This document shows positions 1-11,976 of a stretch of 64,000 bases of DNA, piece after piece; position 1 is the stretch's first letter; each line of letters opens with the position of its first letter. A model generated the notes under the pieces. That model had not been told where the DNA came from. It made no database searches and saw only the letters and a list, made by a program, of their open reading frames with translations. Source of the stretch: Saccostrea cucullata (taxonomy: Eukaryota); the NCBI RefSeq assembly GCF_032062105.1, contig NW_026933720.1, positions 372,001 to 436,000 of the forward strand, read 5' to 3'. Made by a program: the position numbers and the translations under genes.

Positions 1-113
1 TGTCCTGGCGTTGTTTAACGAAATCGTGAACAGAAACTTAAGATATTCTAGTCTACATTTATCTTTGTTGATGATTTAAATTTTCTAACTCCGTTTTTAT
101 TCCCTCGTCAAAG

Positions 114-3100
114 ATATTCGGGTTGATGTTAATTCTTCCCGGAATCCTAATTCTGGCAAACATTGAATACATCGATGAGAAAGTCAAACCTCTAATGAAG
201 ACGCTGTCTTACGGTGACGTCAATCTGGCTGACGTAGCAGACGGTCTCTCTATCTCCATGATTATCCTGGGAACCTTCACGCTCCTGGTGGCTACTCTAG
301 GATTGTGTGGAGCCTGCAAATCAAACAAGAAATGTCTCTGTGTGGTCAGTTCTATTACAGTATATCCAGTTATATATATGTACCAATAACAAGTTAAATG
401 AACATGCAAGAATCAGTTATACGTCATTAATATGAATTAAAACGTTTAAACATCTGAAAATAATGTGTTAGTGTACTTAATTAACTTGATGGGACTTCTG
501 TTTTTCTTTTTAGTACTCGATAATAGTACTCACTCTTCTGGTGTTACAATTGGTCGGAGTGGCGCTCTGGGCAGTTGCCAATGATAAGGTAACTTACATG
601 TGCTTAATTTGCATTGTTTTCTTTGACAAAAAAGTAGATATTTCTTGCGATGAAAGTAACGGATTTTGGAATTTATTCATGCAGAATGTATATAACCACC
701 ATGACTTTTTTATGTTTAAGGTGACCAACTCCATTAAAAGTGAACTACTCAACAACCTACAGACTCACTACACAAAGGAAGATCTATCAAGCCATGAAAT
801 CTCTACGGCCTGGAACTATCTTTTCATGAAGGTATCGACATACAAAAACACCGCCAAATAGTTTTCAAATCAAACTTATTTAGGGCGGCTTTAATCTTAA
901 TGATAAATTTCTTTGATGATACTTACCAATGTCAAAAAATGTTTACATGAGAGAAATTTCAGCAGTACTGTGCAACAATATATTAAACAAAAATGGTATA
1001 AATCAGATACGTAAAAATTTCAAGGAACTTTTGGAAAATTTGAAATTAAATTTTTCTTACTAAAACCAGTAACATAAAAACTTACACGACTTTTCAACTC
1101 TACAATGTATAGAACAATATTACACGATGAATTCAAGTCCAGGCTTGTAAAATATGAAATAATAAATATCCTAATTATATTCAATAAATATAAAAGATGA
1201 GTCTGATTGATGCTATCTATTTGGTTATTGGAGATAAGGTTTTCCAATAATCTGTAAGAATTCCCATGGGTACTAATTGCGTCTCGTAATAGGCAGACTA
1301 TTCTGGTATTTATACGAAGCAAACTTTATGCAAAATCTTACATATAGGAAGAGGAAAACAATTGTTATGGCATTCAACTCATTAGATATATATCGACGAC
1401 GTATGATAAATAAACAGTAGTTACTTCCATTTATATGTCGACATGATATATCCCAGTGAGCTTGACATTGATGTAACCACAGAGTCTGACACATCTGTTT
1501 TATATTTGAATATTTTACTTCAAAAAGACATAATGGTAATCTTACAAGAAATTTTCATGATAAATATGATGACCAACTTTGCAATCGTCAACTTAAATTA
1601 TTGACGAAAAAGTTTATATAATGGGAATATTAACAGCATATCTTGTCAGCAGATACAACCTATCCTTAAGGACGTTCGATCCTGATATTTTGAGCGTATT
1701 TCGCGCAGGTCATTTATTCATAAAATTAAGCATCATTTTTAGGTTCTAACAATAAAACTGAATTGTACAATGCAAATTAAACTAAATTCAATGAAAAAAC
1801 CGCGATTAAATTCCATTCAAGTAGAATTAAGCTAGGGACTATATTTTGTGGCGGAAGGTTTTTTAGACGAAAATCATCAGTTTTTTCCATTTGAACTATA
1901 ACAGTACTGTTAATTTTGGATGCCTATTTTTCCATGCTGGTTGCACACAAAGCTGTTTTTTGCAGTGAAATATGCTATGCTGGTTCTGAAATATGTATTA
2001 AATTATTTCTTATGAATTCTATCAACAAAGTGTGACAAATATAGTAAATATATTCTGAAAATCCGGGAAAAAATTGAGTCAATTTTAACGTAAATTTTTA
2101 CACTTTTTTAGTAATATTTGAAAATTAAGATCATATACCCCTACTTTTGATGTTCTTTTCTAAATATTTAAGATAACTTTGACCTATATGCTTAAAATCA
2201 GAAAAAGTTTAAGACTTTAAAATAGTTTTCTTGCTTATTATATTTTCAATGCCGGGAAAAAAAACATTTTATTAGTGCAGAAAGGTCAAATAATTGATTA
2301 TGCGAAGCAATTTGAAACTTTATCTTAGTCACAATTTTTAAGTGTCTTTTTTTTAAACAGACTTAGACTTCATTTTGTTTCATGCTTTAATTGCATAAAA
2401 ATATCGAAGGGAAAACGTCGAAGATGTAATTTTTAATTAAGACACAAATTTCAGTGCAGAAAGGTCATATTAAATGTACTGTAGCGCTAAAAGAAGCATA
2501 TTGACCCCCATTTTTTGATTTGAATTTCAATTAAGCTATGTTTGTAGAAACTAAAAATATACTTGGCAAAAAAAGTTTAAGACTTTAAATATCAGGATCG
2601 AACGTCGTTAGGTCACATTTGAACTTACGTTTAATTTTCTTATCAATAGTTATGCCATTAGTTACACATTAATTCCGTTATTTCCCGATCATGACAAGTA
2701 GCACACGGCGGGAGTGACCGGTCAGCAGGGGGATGCTCACTCCTCCATGGCACCTAATCCCACCTCTGATGTTTTAGAGGTCTGTGTTAGCTAAGCTCCT
2801 GTTTTGTTTTGTTCCAATGGACTTTTGAGCTTGAATACCGTTTGTTATCTCCATATATTTCATTACATATGAAACGGTATTATTTTCCTTTTTGTAAACC
2901 TTTTTTTGGTAATGATTGAAGGTTCCTTAATTAACCTTTCGTTTAAAATGTGTTTTTAACGATTTCAATTCAAATACAAAAATTCAAACTACTAGTAATT
3001 TCTTTCAATTTTGCAAAATAGCTGTCTTGTTGCGGTGTCAATGATAATCAGAACACGACAAACGACTTCACAAACACCCCGTGGAAAACCTCCTCAGCTG

Positions 3101-4016
3101 GTACAAAGAAAGTCCCCATCTTTTGCTGTACCGGGATCAACACCAACAACTATAACCTCATCCTCTTCACGTCATGCACGGATGACGTGTATAAAGGCTT
3201 TTACAATACAGTAAGTTCAGGAACATAGATATAGCTCAAAGTTTTATCTTAAATTTCATAATCAAATTTGGTGTCAGAAATTATAATCCAAATCCCTGAC
3301 TAAATTGACTGAAGTACGTTTTTATCAATAACAGGGTTGTTACAGTGCTGTAGAAAAGGCCATATCTACCTATACTTTGTACTTCATCGCTACCGGATGT
3401 ATCATCTTAGGCGTAGAGGTAAAGTAACTCAGGACTATTGAAAGAGATATCCAATCAGTCTGTTAGGTCTTTGTTTTTAAACCGAATTTGACGAGGAAAT
3501 GTTCCATCTAGCTGATCAAAACATAGGGTTCACGGCGGAGGTGACCGTTCAAGAGGGGATGCTTACCTCTCTGAGGCACCTGATTCCACGTCTAGAATTC
3601 CTTCCGTATTTTATGCCCTTTTGACAGATTTTGTTTTGTTTTTACTTTTTTGAGATCGATTACTATGTGTTATCTTCACCCTTTCTCATCCTTCTAACCA
3701 CTCTGGCAAGTTGCAGAGGTTGGTCATACTTAAAAGTTAAGCGTTCCTGGTTTTCATTGAGATATTTACTCTGATTGACAAATGGTATTTACGCTGCTTG
3801 ACAAATGGAGTTTTGTAATTTTCCATCATTTTCAAAAAAAAAATTGTAGTGATATACAAACTGACCAAATAAATGATAAAAACATTTATATCATTATATT
3901 GCAAAAAGTTATGGCGTTTATTTCAGATTATTGGTCTCGTGTGCGCATGCTGTTTGTGTAAAAACATTGGAAAGAAAAAGCAGGAAGTTTCCCCCCGTAA
4001 AAAGAAGAAAAAATAA
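114..4016 (+). CDS. Tetraspanin paralog A (first coding exon lies upstream of the window). Exons 114-344, 514-588, 721-831, 3022-3210, 3335-3418, 3927-4016
   Basis: GT-AG exons join in frame: TM1/TM2 (IFGLMLILPG...LGLCGACKSNKKCLCV), TM3 (YSIIVLTLLVLQ), EC2 with CCG (LSCCGVN), PIFCC, C, GCY, then TM4 and tail IIGLVCACCLCKNIGKKKQEVSPRKKKKK*. AATAAA near 4194. Confidence 0.93.
905..2860 (+). mobile_element. Degenerate Naiad-type Penelope-like retroelement fragment (RT plus 3' end) in intron of tetraspanin A
   Basis: Decayed homology to the RT copies at 17010-18120 and 23530-24305 (GIPMG, FRYIDD, IYP.EL regions) and the shared 3' motif at ~2699-2860; interrupted by a MITE. Confidence 0.7.
1670..2607. 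mobile_element. Kolobok-like MITE
   Basis: TIRs ggacgttcgatcctgatattt / aaatatcaggatcgaacgtcg; flanked by TTAA on the left and TTAG on the right. Confidence 0.7.
3524..3688 (+). mobile_element. Solo 3'-end motif of a Naiad-like element
   Basis: cacggcggaggtgaccg...ggggatgcttacc...ggcacctgattccac is homologous to 2699-2860 and 24146-24305. Confidence 0.65.
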
Positions 4017-4265
4017 TTATAGAACATGATAATCAAAAAGTTTGAATGAAGAATAACAAAGTTACATTTGGATTCCTCATTGAAAACTAGCTTCTACTCG
4101 ATAAAATATTACTTTGAAAATCAATTTGCAAATTAATTTCAATCTCTAATGACAACCATGTAAGTTTTTTTTTTAAAGATTGAATTGTCTTTTAATAAAC
4201 TTTTGAATTGTTGTTCTCTGCTTTGTAATCCTTCAGGCATTAATAATTTACAAGTATATCATTAA

Positions 4266-5665
4266 AGTATCAGTCACATTATCCAGCCATGGGGTAGACG
4301 ATGAGAAACCGATGGTTCTTTTTAAAATGGCGTGGTTGCCGGCCGGACATCTATAGTAATCGGACGGTGACAGAGGCCATTTGGCGCATCGGTGGGGGTC
4401 ATCGGTAGAAAATAAAGTATCAGTCACATTATCCAACGATGGGGTAGACGATGAGAAACCGATGGGGTTTTTTCTATATAAAAATGGCGTGGTGGCCGGA
4501 CGGACACCTATAATAATCGGACGGTGACTGAGGCCATTTGGCAAATCGGTGGGGGTCATCGGTAGAAAATAATTTGTAGTTAAAAATCAGCGATGTCTCC
4601 ACCGATGTCCCATATCGCTCCTCAACAACAACCCATCATTAACACATCTTTCAAGGATTGACCGATGTCTGACCGAGCATCGTTAAGTGTCCGTTGAATC
4701 TGCGGTCATCGGGGGGGGGGGGGGCGGCGGGAGGGGGGCTGAGTGGTGGGCAACAGATCATTGGTCGATTTTCCACCAAACATTGGCCCATAGTCGACTG
4801 ACGTACGAATGATGTTCATCAATGTATGAGCGATGTAATATACATCGGCCGATTTCCCTGGAACATTGTTTTATGATTAGCAATGTATCGCTGGGCCTTT
4901 GTAAGTCTAGTCGGCAACCACGCCACTTTGATCAAAAAACGCATTGGTTGCCCATCGTATACCCCATTGCTGGATACTGTGAGTAATACTTTATGCCTTA
5001 GTCACAATTCCCGGCCGGTGGCCGTAGACCGGTGGTAATCCGTGGTGTGAGCGATGCCCCAACATCGGTCCACATCATCCTAGTATTCATTCATTTAACA
5101 GTCACATTACCCAGCGATGGGGTATACTATGGGCAACCATTTGATAAAAATGTAGTGGTTGCCGGTCGGACTTACAAAGGCCCAGCTATGCATTGCTAAT
5201 CATAAAACGATGTTCCAGGGTAATCGGCTGATGTATCTTACATCGCGCATACATTGGTGAACAACGTTCGTACGTCGGTCGACTATGGGCCAATGTTTGG
5301 TCGAACATTGACCGATGATCGGCCGATGTCTGTTGCCCACCACTCAACCCCCCCCCCCCCCCCCCCCCAATGATCTCAGATTCACCAGACACTTGAGAAT
5401 GCTCGGCCATACATCGGCCAATCCTTGAAAGATGTGTTAATGATGTGTTGCCGATGAGGAGCGATGTGGGGCATCGATGGAGATATCGCTGACTTTTAAC
5501 TGCAACTTATTTTCTACCGATGAATCCCACCGATTAGCCAAATGGCCTCAGTCACCGTCCGATTATTATAGGTGTTCGTCCCGCCACCAGGACATTTTTT
5601 ATGAAAAAAAAAAACGCATCGGTTTCTCATCGTATACCCCATCGCTGGATAATGTGACTGATACT
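4266..5665. mobile_element. Foldback/composite MITE (PIF/Harbinger-like)
   Basis: Termini agtatcagtcacattatccagc... / ...gctggataatgtgactgatact with TAA on both sides; arms ~4415-4990 and ~5095-5665 are inverted copies; first ~150 bp tandemly duplicated. Confidence 0.8.
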
Positions 5666-5895
5666 TAAGATATTAACAACAGTGAAGGAGAAACTTCAAG
5701 ACTACTGTGCAACAATATACACTGTATTCAAGAAGTGGTGAAAATCAGATGTGGATGCTTACAAATTCCAAGGAACTTTTGGACAATTTAGAATCACAAG
5801 ATTTTAACAAAATCAGCAGCTTAAATTTTTACGACTTTATACACAATCATTCCCCGCGATAAATTAAAGTCCAGGTTTTTTTTATATTATTCAAT

Positions 5896-7494
5896 AACCA
5901 GAAGTGTCTGTCGAGACTGAAGCTCTACTGGTTTGCACTTAAAGCAAATGAAGAAAAAAGTACTTAGGCAGTTGGGAATTGAATCTTTACAACAGCAATA
6001 AATAGAATAATATCCTTGATTATAAGTCTCTTTATGTTCTTAGTTAAGTCTACTTGCATGCCACATTATATTATAATCAGACTAAAACTGCATCTGGAGT
6101 AGCATTTGAGAGTATTTAACAGAAATTTCTATTTTTAGTAACCACGGCAACACCGTTCATAGAAATCAAAAACCGATATACAGAATTATGTATCTTAGTG
6201 TAGTCTACTTGTGTGCCAAGTTATATTGCAATCAGACAAAAACTGTAGGAGACGTAGCATTTTGAAAGAATTTCACAGAAATTTCTATTTTTAGTAACCA
6301 CGGCAACACCGTTAATCGAAATCAAAAACCGAAAAGCAGAATTATGTATCTTAGTATAGTCTACTTGTGTGCCAAGTTATATTGAAATCAGACCAGAACT
6401 GTAGGAAATGTAGCATTTTGAAAGAATTTCACAGAAATTTCTATTTTTAGTAACCACGGCAACACCGTTCATCGAAATCAAAAACTGATACACAGAATTA
6501 TGTATCTAAGTGTAGTCTACGTGTGTGCCAAATTATATTATTATACCTCTACTGATTTTTCACTATATAAAAGTAAATCGATATATTTTGCTGATTTCCT
6601 TAAAATCACCGTAAATAAACCGATTCCCTGCAAAACAGACCGATTCCCTGCAAAAAAAGTACGTTTTTTTGATGAAGTGATACACACCTATTCGGAACGC
6701 TTGACATTTTCTTTCAACTCACGACAAACTTAAAAATGTTCCGAATAAACTCATGAATATTCATTAGTGAATCGAAATGCATCGCGATACAACTGGTCCC
6801 AAATCAATCAAAAAGAACCAGTTTACTTGAAGCGAACAACAACAGAAATGGCGTGCTCAATTTTGCGTAATGTTACTTTCGATTTTACTAGGTAAAAACT
6901 CGGACAATGAACTGATTTATTGATAAAATGGAATTCCTTTCATGACTGTATTCTGTTTTTGTCGTTTTTTTCCCTTAATTTTTTCATTTTTTTAAACATT
7001 GTTACTGAATACAGTATTGAATATAATTTTTTTCAAATGTCTTGTTTGTATCGGTATAATAAAACAGTTAAAGTATATCATTTCGGGAGTCAGCAAGATT
7101 CCAGTTCCCTTGAGCAAGCCTATTTCCCTCGGCGCAAGCGCCTCGGGAAATAGACTGCTCTTGGGGAACTGGAATCTTGCTGACTCCCTCAACGATATAC
7201 TTTAACTGTATACTGAAATCAGACGAAAACTGTAGGAGGAGTAGCATTTTGAAAGAATTTCACAGAAATTTCTATTTTTAGTAACCACGGTAGCACAGTT
7301 CATCGAAATCAAAAACCGATATACAGAATTATGTATCTTAGTGTAGTCTACTTGCGTGCCAAGTTATACTGAAATCAGACAAAAACTGTAGGGGGAGTAG
7401 CATTTTGAAGAAATGTTTACAGACAGACGGACGGACGCCGGACGCATTACTGTCGCATAAGCTCTTCTGGTCTCTGACCAGTAGAGCTAAAAAT
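5896..7494 (-). mobile_element. Helentron-associated HINE/DINE-1-like element with central 156-bp tandem repeats
   Basis: 156-bp monomers starting at 6121, 6277, 6433 and resuming ~7210-7410; GACA/GACG microsatellite at ~7420-7445; terminal hairpin agctcttctggtc..gaccagtagagct followed by an A-run. Confidence 0.7.
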
Positions 7495-7645
7495 AGAACT
7501 CGTAAATTTTCTTACCTGGTCATTGGTTATTTGCAAAATTACTTTGTTAAAAACATTCTGATTATACACACAAGTACTCTGAAGATGACATCAAAAGAAT
7601 GCTTGAGTGTCTGATTGACAATATCTCTGTGGTTTTGGAGACCAG

Positions 7646-8212
7646 GGGGTCGTAACATAAAGGCTACTTAAGTCTAAGACCGTGCTTAAGTAGGACTTAA
7701 GTACAGTCTAAAACTTAAGACCGTAACTAGAAGCATGCTAAGATTTGTCAATCTTAGCAAAACTTAGGCGGCCGGTAGAGGTGACTTAAGTATGTCTTAA
7801 GTTTCTTATACATGTATTTCGACTTATTTAATGTTAACTTTCGATGTTAAAACATTCCTCTTTTCATAATATGCATTAAAGAAAATAACTATCTGTATTT
7901 GACGCTGATTTAAAAATCTTATTTTTTCGTTGGGGGGGGGGGGGGCTCAGTGATTCCAATATCACTTCCAACACAGCGTACATGTAAATACAAGGTTTAA
8001 TTTTAGGGGTACCTCTAAAAATAGTCGTACCTCGGTTATAGAAATAAATTGAACACAGTAATAAACCATGGATCTGTATGTTCACTTTGAAAATATGAGT
8101 TGAAATAATTTGTTAAAGACAGAAAAGAATGAGGATGATGACTAAACAGTAATAAAGAAGTATCTTTAAAGTAAAATAAATGAATAAATAAAAGACAGGG
8201 TTCACGACAGTT

Positions 8213-8274
<62 letters not shown>

Positions 8275-8959
8275 GCTGATAAGTGGAGACATAGAAAAAT
8301 ATCCCGATTTTTTTGTATCCTTGAATTAAATTGCAAATTAGTATATCATAAAACTTCCACAGTTTTTGCTTATGACATGCATGGCCTGATACATGTATAC
8401 ATAGCGGGGATTCAAAATGTTTAGAGTTTCAATTTCAAGTGGAAAGGCGGCCGATTATCTTTTCTTGTCTGCGATAATAAAAGGGTAAGTGAACATTCGT
8501 CAAAACAAAAGAGTTACAAAGGCACACTGAAAACACCTCAGGTGATAAAACAATTGTCGTGAACATTTACAATTAACCACAAATTGCTACTTTCTGACCG
8601 TGTGGTATTGATTTCAAACATTCCGAATAACTTATAACATAATTATTATTTTAATACGAAATCTAATCTAACATACTTAAACCGATAGGTAAGGACATCA
8701 ACCTTAGTATGTAATTAATTAGAACCCTAACTGAATCACTTTTAGCAATATATCTATATTAAATCAAAAACCATAGATTGACTCATATGAAATATTTTTA
8801 ACATATAAGTTTGACTTAGCTAAGACCTCGCTAAGTTCGCTTTATGATACGGTTTAAGACATACTTAAGTAGTACTTAGACAGGTCCTAAGATTATGCCT
8901 AAAACGTACTTACGACCCTACTTAAGTCAAAAACTTAGCAAGCTTTATGTTACGAGCCC
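7646..8959. mobile_element. PIF/Harbinger-like MITE with CAG TSD
   Basis: TIR ggggtcgtaacataaa / tttatgttacgagccc; CAG duplicated; the empty site gagaccaggtcttcc is visible in the uninterrupted Naiad copy near 17650; many cttaag subterminal repeats; internal (GA)n at ~8215-8270. Confidence 0.88.
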
Positions 8960-10012
8960 CAGGTCTTCCAACAATCTATTGGAATTCCCATGGGTACCAA
9001 TTGCGCCTTGTTTTAGCAGACCTATTTTTGCATTCATATGAAGCAGAATTTGTTCAAAATCTTATGTGTGAAAAGAAGAAAACACTTCCTCTGGCCTTCA
9101 ACTCGACATTCAGATATATCGACGACGCATTGTCAATTACCAATGGTAATTTCCATTCCTATGTCGATAAGATATATCCTGGTGAGCTTGAGATAAAAGA
9201 CATAAAAGATACCACAGAGTCTGACACATCTGTTTCATACTTGAAAAAGACGTTATTGGTAATCTAACAACCAAGCTCTATGACTTTAACTTTTCTATCG
9301 TCAACTACCCATACTTATGCAGCAACATACCGTTATGACACCTGCATGCGGAATTTTTACACTGACACTCAAAAGAAAAGCAACACCCTAATTTTAGGGT
9401 GAAAATTATATACGGGATATAACCATGTACCAAAAAAGTTAGGACATCTTTAACTTTGCCAAATCAGTTATTTAACGGTTGAATGATTTTCATCCATTAC
9501 CGCAAGTTGACTTTTAGCCCTCTTAACAGAAAACAAAAATAAGCATTTTAAATAAAATTATTGACAATATTTTGGGGTTTCAAGGTTTTGTAGCTGTTAA
9601 TCATTAGTATTGTACTAAAATGCCGGGAAAAAAATTCTTCTATCTTTTTCCGTATGTGATTTCCTCAAAATGACTGAAAGCACGCATTTTCATTGCTGGA
9701 AATTCTCAAAATAAGAAAAAGGAGAGCTGCAGATGCAAATATATACTACATAGCGACTTTTCGGACTCATGTATTTCAAATGCATGAATGACAGTTCCTT
9801 GACCGGAAGTCCAAGGGTTACTACACAACACAAAGTTAGAGAAAATTCGACCTCAGTATCTGAAAAACAGGCATTTAAAAATGCCCAAGAATATTTGTTT
9901 CGCTCAGATTAAGACATCCATAAACCTATTGCATGGTAGAAATCGGGCTGCATTTGTTGTACATGGCGGACTAGCACGTATAATTGATTTCATTGTGTTG
10001 GAAAATAACCAG

Positions 10013-10969
10013 GGGGTCGTAACATAAAGGGAACTTAAGTATGTCTTAACTATCTTATCTACATATTTAGAAGAGATAGATTTAAAAATCTCGACGTTAA
10101 AACATTTCTTTGTTCATATTATGCATTTAAAAAAAAACAATTTACCAAATGAATGTAAAATAGTGATAAATAAGTTCTAGCTTTTTGCGGGGGGTGGGAG
10201 TCGGGTTTGAAAACAGATTTATTGAACACTAATTCTAGTATCAGTCTTGACATGGCATATATGTACATGCTAAAAAAATTTTTTGAAATATTAATTAAAT
10301 TATATAATTTATGTTACTTACTATCTGTATAATTTGGAAAATAAATTGTGAATTATTATGTTGGCTGTGACATTGTGAGATATAATAGACTTTAAAGACA
10401 GAGATATTGTTGGTACGGTAAATTAGAAAATGAATTTTCTCAGATTTATTTCATGTAGGTCTATAGATAAACGTTCGATTTATCGTGCCACATGTCCGCG
10501 ACTATGGCAAAGCGAGTGAATATTTTTCAAAACAAAAGAGTGACAACAAAAGGGTAACTGAAAACATCGCAGTCTAGAGTGATAAACAAAAGTCATGTTT
10601 TTACAATGAATCATTATTATGATTTATAATTTTCAAATATTAAGAATAATTTTTAATTGTATTTTTTTTACTATGAAATCTAATCCAACCTAACAACCGA
10701 TAGCTTATTACGAACATCAACTTTTATACATGTGTATACTTAAAAATGTAACTGATTAATTTTTTAAGTAAATTACGTGAAAAACTAGGGTTATGTATGA
10801 AAAATAAAGTGAACTTAAGTTTGACTTAGTTAAGACCTTGCTAAGTTCGTTTTATGTTACGGTTTAAGACATACTTAAGTAGTACTTAGGCATGTCCTAA
10901 GATTGGGCCTAAAACATACTTAAGACCCTACTTAAGTCAAAAACTTAGCAAGCTTTATGTTACGAGCCC
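10013..10969. mobile_element. Second, shorter copy of the same Harbinger-like MITE
   Basis: Same TIRs, CAG TSD (10010-10012 and 10970-10972), near-identical right subterminal region. Confidence 0.85.
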
Positions 10970-11608
10970 CAGATGTTGATATGCGATTAAAAATAATATG
11001 TAAATATGGTTACAATATATCCTTGAATTCCATAAAGTTTTCATTCAAAATATAATCAAGGCCATGAGATTTTTCTCGTTATATAGCATCCGATATTTGT
11101 TTTTCAGTGATTTCAGTTTCTAATTCTTCAAACACGGTATTTCCTGTGTCCACGGGGGATTCGTTATCCATACTGGTATAGATGTAGATAAATCACTCAC
11201 TCCTCCGTGGCATACGATCCCACCTCCGATGTTTTGGAGTTCGTGCTTGCTCTGCTTTCGTCTCCTTTTTTTAAGGCCTCGTTATTTGCGCGTTTTAAAT
11301 CCCTGATCCTTTTTTTTGAATGATAACTGGGGAAAGGAAGGAAGAAAGGAAGATCATAATGGGCAAAAAAAAAAAAATAAATAAATGAATAAAAAAAATT
11401 AAATAAAATAAATTTTTTCAAATCAAATCTTGTTATTCCCGATTTTTTTTATTCGAAGTCTGCTAATAAACAATTACAGTTAAAACCAATTAAATAATTA
11501 TAATCTCTTAACCAAACAACAGCCTGATTATAATTATCCTTACGTTCTGCCACGCAGTTAGACCCCCGCGTAATTAGACACGGTCCTTTGTCCTGTTGTC
11601 CACTCAGC

Positions 11609-11618
11609 GTGACGTCAC
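11609..11618. promoter_or_regulatory. Candidate CRE site near the probable 5' UTR exon of tetraspanin B
   Basis: Perfect palindrome GTGACGTCAC ~40 bp before a donor-like ctg|gtaagg (11657); acceptor ttcag at 11970 just before the ATG. Confidence 0.3.
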
Positions 11619-11976
11619 TAACAGGGCCGGGCATGTCCAGTGTTAGGTATTTACTGGTAAGGAATGAATATCGAGGAACAATAAAGCAACTTTTCAGTAA
11701 GTCAATTTTTACTGAAGTACTAAATTGAAAGGAACGCCAAAGACGTAAGTACATGTATTTAAACCATTGATCTTTTTTTCATAAAAAAAAAATAATAATA
11801 AAATTTAAAGTCAAAATTATTTTTACTCTCAAGATAAGACAAGACATACTTCCTCTTAAAACGTATTATATTCTCAATTTCTCTGTTTACATGTAATCTC
11901 AAAGAATAATTATAACAAAATATGATAATTATCATCAATTAACAACGTTAATTTTATAATATTATTTCAGTTAACC

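Larger units (their letters stand above)
5668..9355 (+). mobile_element. Naiad-type RT fragment split by nested insertions
   Basis: Pieces 5668-5895, 7495-7645 and 8960-9355 are collinear with the copy at 17010-18120 (ADLFLHSYEAEF, FRYIDD, IYPGELEIKD). Confidence 0.75.
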
